The notes under the pieces were generated by a model. The model had not been told where the DNA came from. It made no database searches and was given only the letters and a program-made list of their open reading frames with translations. A stretch of 64,000 bases of DNA from Lama guanicoe (Eukaryota). The translations under genes and the position numbers were made by a program. The stretch covers positions 186,001 through 250,000 of the forward strand of contig MU054132.1 of NCBI GenBank assembly GCA_013239625.1, in the 5' to 3' direction. Positions 56,801 to 64,000 of the stretch are shown here, one piece after another (the stretch's first letter is position 1; the number at the start of each line of letters is the position of its first letter).

Positions 56801-57735
56801 CTCAGGTAAGGGTTAGGACTGGCTCCATGTCGTGCAGCCCAACCAGTAGCCCAACCTACATCCCCAAACACTTACCTATTTACCCAAACACTCACCTATT
56901 TACACAGTGACCTGCAGTCAGCACCCACCGTGGGGCAAAGAGGGAACCTCCGCATCTGTGAATTCCTCCCGTCTGCAGGCTCACCTGCCAGGGCCACCTT
57001 CTTTTCGGGGCTGGCATTCCATCAATTATCCTCATATCTCGATGGATACATCTTCCTTGGCTCAGTAAGAAGAGGGACAGGAGGTGACACCGCTGTCTCC
57101 CTCCTACCAATTCCTCAACCTCCAACTCCACCTCCACCTCCTCCAACATCACCACCTCCACCACTTCTACCTCCACCCTGAGGATAGAGCCAGGTTTCCT
57201 CTCAAACCCTTCAAAATCTTTTGACCTTTCAAACCCACAGCCAGGCAGTGACCCCTACTGGCTTCCTAGGCAGGCCTTACAGTCCTGTGTAGAAGCAGTA
57301 CCTTTAAGAGACAACCCTTCAAATACGGAAGTCTGGCTGGATTCGAAAGCCGCCCCCACTGTGGCTGCAGCTGGCCCTGGAGCTACAGTGGGCACTGGAA
57401 ACTTCCGGGATTTCAGGTGTCCTGGAGCTGAGGGGGCCGCTGGGATTGCCAGACTCATTGCAGAATCCTCCTTGGGGCTGTCACCCTCACCTGGGGAAGA
57501 TGAGACACCAGTGAGAATGGAGCTGGCCTGAGCCTGCCCCTTCTTCCTGGCCTCTTCCCATCTCACCCTCCCCACCCCCACCCCCACCCAAAACAGCCAG
57601 GCCCAGTCCTGTCCAATCACGGTCTGCCCAGGTCTCACTGAGCTCAGTATGAAGGACCAGGAGCCAAAGGACCAGCATCCAGACCAGTACGTGCATGGAG
57701 CCTCCACCCCTGCAGGGCACGCTTGGGGACGCCAT
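53881..57735 (-). CDS. Testis serine protease, PRSS43/PRSS44-like paralog B (368 aa, intact)
   Basis: Exons 57735-57639, 57490-57302, 57055-56896, 56505-56243, 55513-55353, 54117-53881 (1107 nt), same phases as A. R|IIDG, TAGHC, HDIAV, GDSGGP, hydrophobic tail. Confidence 0.88.
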
Positions 57736-57959
57736 GGGCACCTCTCGCAGCACTGCGCTCTCCGCGCCCCCTCGCGGCGGCTCCGCGCCTGCCTTCCTGT
57801 TGGCGGAAACAGGGCCTCGGCAGCATCGGAAAGATCTTCACCTCAAGTTTATCCAACCAATCTGAATTGTGCTCTTAAGGACCTTGAACATGAAATTAAT
57901 TTCTCAACCCTAAAGTAGAGACCTTCTGAATTATATATACCTCACCAGCATCTAATAAC

Positions 57960-60680
57960 TGGAGTCATAAAAAAAAATAGAAAATCCAATCTGCCAGGAT
58001 AAAAGGAAAACGAAAGTATGGTAAATACAGACTACTGAACAAAATGGCAGTTTTGAGCCCGGATATAATCGCATCTGTGATAAGCGTGAGTGGGTTGATC
58101 ATACTAAACAATATATGACTTTCCAATTGGTGGAAAACATAAGGTCTAGAAATAGACTTTCTAGGAGACAAATTTACCACAAAGAGATGCACATACCTGG
58201 GAAATAAAGGCACAGGGAGCGACATGCCAGGTCATACTGGTGTAACAGAAAGATGGGATAGCAATTTGGTTATTAGATCACAGCTTTTAAGGCAAAGATT
58301 GTATCAAGGACAGAGGGAGTAACATATATTAAGGAAAAGACACCAATGAGAAGATGCAATGACAAGCCTTTAAGGTGGAACAAAGATGACCAATTTATGG
58401 GAAACTGATGCTATGATACATCTTCTTCAAAGCTAATAACTTACATATGCAAAATTAAGCAAAGGTGTAGAATGTTTGACTCTCAGAACACATTATCTAG
58501 ACCTAATAGCAAGATGCTGCATTTACAACTGTGAACAGAGAACACTCATTCTGAATAAACACATAGGGAATATTCAGAATCAAGGCCACAACGGAAGACC
58601 AGTTATCTCAAGGAATCCATGCAATACACATTCTCCTCATGAGCCACACATCAATGATATTAAAATCAACTTTTTAAAAATCCCGTATTTCTGAAATAAA
58701 GTCAAAACCCTAGCCAGTGGTCCTCTGATATAAAGGGAAATCAGGAGGGAGATATGACTTTAGAGATCATTGCCAATGAAAGTACTACGCAGGGAGAGGG
58801 TATAGCTAGGTGGTAGAGTGCATGCCCAGCATGCATGAGGTCCTGGGTTCAATCCCCGGTACCTCCATATTAAATAAATAAATAAACAGACCTAATTACC
58901 ACCCCCTCCAAAAAAATGAAGTTTCTAAAAGTAATTAAATAAAGTGAATTAAAAAAAAAAAGGAAGCACTACCCATGAAAACCAATGTGATACAGCCATT
59001 GCATTCTTGGAAAGTAACTGGTAGCTCCCACTATATCAGAAAATAAAGAAAACTGATAACAAATTAGCTGAAAATTCAACTCAAAATGGGGGAAAGATCA
59101 AAGCTGTAATCTTAAAGAAAGGCTTTGAGAGAAGAGAGGAAATAATGGGAAACATGAGCAGGAATCAACAAAACAGAGAAAAATTACTGAGAGGATTGAC
59201 ACAACCTGAATTTTGTTCTTTGAAAAGCTTAGTAAGAGACAACATTCTGGTAAGACTGAATGAAATACAAGACAAAGGGATATTACAGGGTGAAAAGGGA
59301 GAGGAAACAAAGATATGATAAACTTTTTTTAATTATTAGAGACTCTTATTAAATGCATATGTTGACTTCTCCTATGGCCAAGATAGACTAACAGGCATTG
59401 TCCTTCCCTGTGTCACCTGAAACAACCAAAAATGACAAAAATATGAAACAGTTTTCAAGACACTGGACACCAGGCCACAAGGAGCAAGACTGCTGTTGGA
59501 TGGGGTGAGCCTTACTATTGCCTCTGCTTACTGCCTGCAGAGAGGTTCCAGGCCACAGTGCTGACAGAGAGGGAGCCTGGGCCGAACCCAGCAGGCTCCC
59601 AAGGGGAGCAGGTGAAGCTGAGGGGCGGGACACGCCAAGGTATCTCTGCAGACAGAACACAGGACAGAGGGAGTTACGCACAGAGACAGCTCTGGGGATC
59701 AGCGGAGGCACCCCCTTCAGTGATGACCTGAGCACTGGTCAGTGCATGAATGTGAAGAAGCTCCCTGAAGCCAGAAAAATAACCTCCTCAAAGGATTCGA
59801 GTAACAATGCCTGGTGCTCACCCGTGACCAGGAACAGTGCCTGTTCCCGTCAGCCAGACTGGAAACCTCCAGATGCCCAGAATACTCTGTAGCCTGTACA
59901 GGAAGGTCTTGCCTTAGCAACAGCGAGTAATCATCCCTAGGCTGAGTCTCAATCCAACCCTTCCAAAAAAATATAAAAAAAGATCAGAATATATCAGTTT
60001 CCTAGTAATTTAACTGCATCCCAAAATAAAGCCCAAGACTATTTCTAGGAAAATATCAAGCACCAGGTAAAGGTCACAATGCCTGGTACCTAATCAAACA
60101 ATACCCACCGTTCAAGGAGCATGACAATGCAACCCAAGATTACTAAAACAGCTATTAGAACTGTAGTCATACACACACCCACAAACGTTAGGTAGAGATG
60201 CTGAAGACGTGAAAGGACCCAAGTCAAACGTGTAGATATAAAAACAACCCTTTGTGAGATGAGAAAACACACGGATCATGGGATTGACTTTACATAAAAC
60301 ATTGCAGTACAAGAGATTAGTGAGCTCAAAGGCATGACAACTTTTTTAAAACTCTAAAATCAAACAAAGAGAGAAAAGACAATAACAAATAGAGCATGTG
60401 ACCTGTGGCCTAATATATGTGTCCCTAGAGTTCACAAAAGCAAGTTGCAAGGCCGGGGTCGGGGGTGGGAGATATTTAAAGAAATAAAGGCCAAATATTT
60501 TGCAAATTTGATTTAAAAAACTATAACCCCAGACATCCAATAAACTCAATGATCAACAAACAAAGAAACATGAAGAAATCTAGACCAAAGTACAACCTAA
60601 TCAAGTAGGTCACAACCCACAATAAAGTAAGAGGAAAAAGATAAAAATGACACTACGTTTCTCAGCAGAAACAATGCAAG
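57960..60680 (+). mobile_element. Old L1 fragments in the B-C spacer
   Basis: Degenerate L1 sequence including ORF1-like motifs (aaatattttgcaaatttgatttaaaaaactataaccccagacatccaa). Confidence 0.6.
58792..58961 (+). mobile_element. tRNA-derived SINE (camelid Vic-1-like)
   Basis: gggagagggtatagctaggtggtagagtgcatg...cctgggttcaatccccggtacctcc with A and B boxes, (taaa)n and poly-A tail, degenerate TSD gaaagtactacgca / ggaagcactaccca. Confidence 0.85.
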
Positions 60681-60689
60681 CGATGTTCT

Positions 60690-61040
60690 CAGCTGAGGTC
60701 AGAGATGAGTCTCCTCGTTTCAGCTCTCATGGTGTAATCAGATGCCCTGTTCCCAGTCCACAAAAGTAGTGCCATGTTTGTGCATTTTTCTGCTTTTTGT
60801 TGGTGATTTCACTGTTTAGCATGGCCCCCTGCAAATTGCTGAAGTGCTGTCTGGTGCTCAAGGACTCCAGCCTGTGATGCGCATTGCAGAGAACACAGAT
60901 GGGTCAGGTCAGGTCAGCTTCCTACAGGCATGAATCGTACCGCTGTTGGCCATGAGTTCAATGATACTGAATCAACAGAGTGTATGAAATTAGGTGTTTT
61001 TATCCAGAAACAAACATAAAATAAGGATCCACGTTGATCA
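60690..61040 (+). mobile_element. TcMar-Tigger fossil (Tigger4/MER46-like)
   Basis: gctttttgttggtgatttcactgttt...atggcccc...gctgaagtgctgtct...ggccatgagttcaatgatactgaatcaaca matches a recalled Tigger consensus. Confidence 0.7.
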
Positions 61041-62626
61041 TAGATCCTGGGAAATACATGTGACTTTTCTGCAACAGGGATTTAGCGGGAATGCCACCCA
61101 TCACAGCAGGTACCTGAGCCAACCTGCTCCTGAGTCCCTTTGACATGATCCTAGTCATCTGGATACCTCCGTTACCATCTGACAGGACATTTCAGGCTGA
61201 CTTTATACATTTCCTGCCCAACACCTGGACATTTTTCAAGCCATTGCTACAAGGAGCCCTGGTTTCCTTGTGTGTGAAATCACATTTCAAGACCACAATC
61301 TGGGTAATAGGAGTGTTCACTACTATACATCACTTCTCCTAATGATGTGAATCCATCAGCATTTTTGTTGGTTTTGTTTCCTTTTCCTTTGCAGTCCAAT
61401 ATTTTAGGTGGAACTCAATGCCCGCTTCTCAACCTCCTCTTCTCTCTGTGCTATCTGTCTCTTTCAGAGGGTGGTTTGCCCAGCCACCAGCCCCCTGACC
61501 TAAAGGTTATCCTAAGGACCACTTCTTCCCTCCCACCTGAGAGCCACATCTCATTGTGGCCACAGCCCAGTGCCTGATTCACAAAAGAAACTCCACAAAT
61601 AGTTGGAAGGAGTGAAAATGGCTATCATTTACTTGGAGGTTAGTGTTCTGCTTTCTGGGAGACCCTGCCTGACTTTTCTGGTAGCTAGAGGCTGACCCTC
61701 TGTTACTAAGCTGCTTAAACTGAATTCCTCTCCCCCACCACAAGAAAAGGACATTCTAGTATCAGCATAACAAAGGGCACCCCCAGTGGGACCATAAACT
61801 TCCCAGAGCTTTGGACTTTTCCTGTAACTCTTGCTTCCAAGTTGAGGTTTCCCATCTTTGCCAAGTCATCCTGGAAAGAAAAAAGGGGAAAGAGCAATGA
61901 GCTGAGAGAGCACTGACAGAAAGCAGTGAGGTGACAGAGAAGGTGTGAGTAGTCATTTTTCCAGCCTTTCACACATTTGACAAATATTTCCTGAAGTCTT
62001 GCTCTGTTCCAAGCCTGGAGCTGGAGGGAAAAAAATAAAAGGATGATACAGATTTCAACCTTGAGCAGAAAAGTCACCCAGTGGAAACAAGATAGAAGAA
62101 AGGGCTCAGGACCACGAGAGTCAGGGGAGCCCAGAATAAAGCACATTACACAGCCCAGGGTAGTCCACAGGAGATGCCCTGGGGAGGACTGACTGCTTCT
62201 GTTGGGTCTTAGCCAATGAAGAGGAAGAGAGAAGGAAATGAGAAGCCATACTGACATTCCCAGCAAGAGAACATCACAGGAAAGAACAAGGTGGCTTGTA
62301 CTGAAAGAAAGCTGCACCTGAGAGTGCAATGTAGCTAGACACAGGCCTCCAAGTCTGCCCAACTGAGCATTTCTGTAAAACCACAGTAGTGTTTACTAGG
62401 ATTAACGATAACCTACTGGCATTTGAAAAGCACAGTGTCCTGCCCCAGCCTCCCTCAGGCAGGGTGATCCCAGACAGTCTGCTGAGGTCCACTGGTATCT
62501 GGCAGCTTGAACACTGGCCAAGGAAGGAGGGGTGAGCAGGGGACAGAGGCTGGGAGACCAGCAGCCAGTCCAGGTGACTATGGAACATTAGGTCTGCTGA
62601 TTAGGAAAAAGAAGCTGTACGTACGT

Positions 62627-62652
62627 ACACACACACACACACACACACACAC
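62627..62652 (+). repeat. (CA)n microsatellite
   Basis: Seen directly. Confidence 0.9.
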
Positions 62653-63102
62653 AGAGCCAGGCCCTCCCTACACCCTCCCCTTGTGGAAACTCAGCTCTTT
62701 GGGCTCAAGGGGTCTTGACAACAGGCCCACAGGGTCTCCACCAGGCATGCCTGTCACAGGGCAGCACAGAGAGGTACAGGGATGGTGAGGGGGCCACGTC
62801 CCAGGCTCTGCCCTCTTGCTCCCGGGCTCCTGATTACAAAGGCTGCCAAACTCAACTCCATCAGCCCCGCTACAGAGATGCTGATGCCTAAACAGAGAAC
62901 AGGCCGCAGGACCCACCCCCTAACACACACATCAGACTTCCGTCCTGGGACACAGACTCCCCATCTCTGAACTTCCAGAGCTTCATGGACGCCAGGAAAG
63001 CTCCCTCAGCTAAAGGAGAAACTAGTTTTCTACAGTATGTTATATGCAACCCCACAAACTTCAGGAGACCTGAGCTTCAGAACACACGAGAAACTCCAAG
63101 CA

Positions 63103-63108
63103 TTTATT
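63103..63108 (-). terminator. Poly(A) signal AATAAA of paralog C
   Basis: tttatt on +, homologous to the A and B signals. Confidence 0.75.
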
Positions 63109-63736
63109 CAGTTGACATCTGACATCTCCACACTCCTTAATGCCTCAACACAACCAGCCTGGGTGTGGCCACTGGAGCCCTGGGGTTGGAGGGGGGTGGT
63201 TCCAAGACTGAGTTGCCCCTGGAAGGCTTGTGTGGCAGAAACTGGCCACTCACAGATGGATCCACGCTGGGGAACACAGGACCTTCTTTCACTTCCAGAG
63301 AACTGAGTCAGATGTGGACGTGGTGATGCCTCCTCAGTCCGATCAAAAAATCACCGAGATGACTGGTTTGAGAAAGTATCAGGTCTAACACTCTTTCACC
63401 GTTGATGCTGTCTCTTCTTTGCTAGATGTTCCCCTAGATGTTGAGGAGCCATCATGCTCCACCTGGCAGGTCGCCTGGCCATCTAATTGGGATGGTGTCA
63501 CTGCCTCCTTCCTGGCAGGCAGAGCACAGCCAAGCTGCAGGCGTGGACGAGGCAGGTCTGGGAGCTCCAGGCCGGGACAATGTCGGGGCTCCAGACTTGC
63601 TGCCAGTCTCTGTCGTGTGTATCTCCACAGGGTCAGTGGATCCCAAACAGAATCAAGGAAGGGCATTGAGTAGTGTGGAGGTCAGAGGCAGGGCTAGTGT
63701 GAGACTCAGAACTAGGAGGGCCCTGGGCCAGGGTGA

Positions 63737-63973
<237 letters not shown>

Positions 63974-64000
63974 CTAGAGATAGAAAAAGAAACAAACACA

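Noticed and set aside
57110..57178. Glu/Val-rich ORF start before exon 3 of B
   Set aside because: Translation of an intronic (CCA/CCT)n repeat upstream of the splice acceptor.
58792..58867. tRNA-like sequence
   Set aside because: Followed by a SINE tail and flanked by a TSD, so it is a SINE head, not a tRNA gene.
61715..62362. 215-aa hydrophobic ORF
   Set aside because: No recognisable domain or splice context; likely spurious intergenic ORF.

Overview
Mammalian genomic DNA, most likely camelid (tRNA-derived Vic-1-like SINEs and L1_Vpa-like 3' ends), syntenic with human 3p21.31. It holds the last two coding exons of TMIE (+), followed by the testis serine protease cluster on the minus strand: PRSS50, PRSS46, PRSS45, two complete PRSS43/44-like paralogs (called A and B here) and the last exon of a third (C). 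Exon boundaries and intron phases were traced by hand. All models splice in frame except PRSS50, whose exon 2 (245 nt) is frameshifted as written. I found no wholly new type of system. The most notable structure is the A-B-C protease array: B looks like an A/C chimera, some intron and spacer tracts are nearly identical while exons have diverged, and each paralog has different S1-pocket residues. Comparisons with human and mouse proteins and repeat family names are from memory, not database searches.
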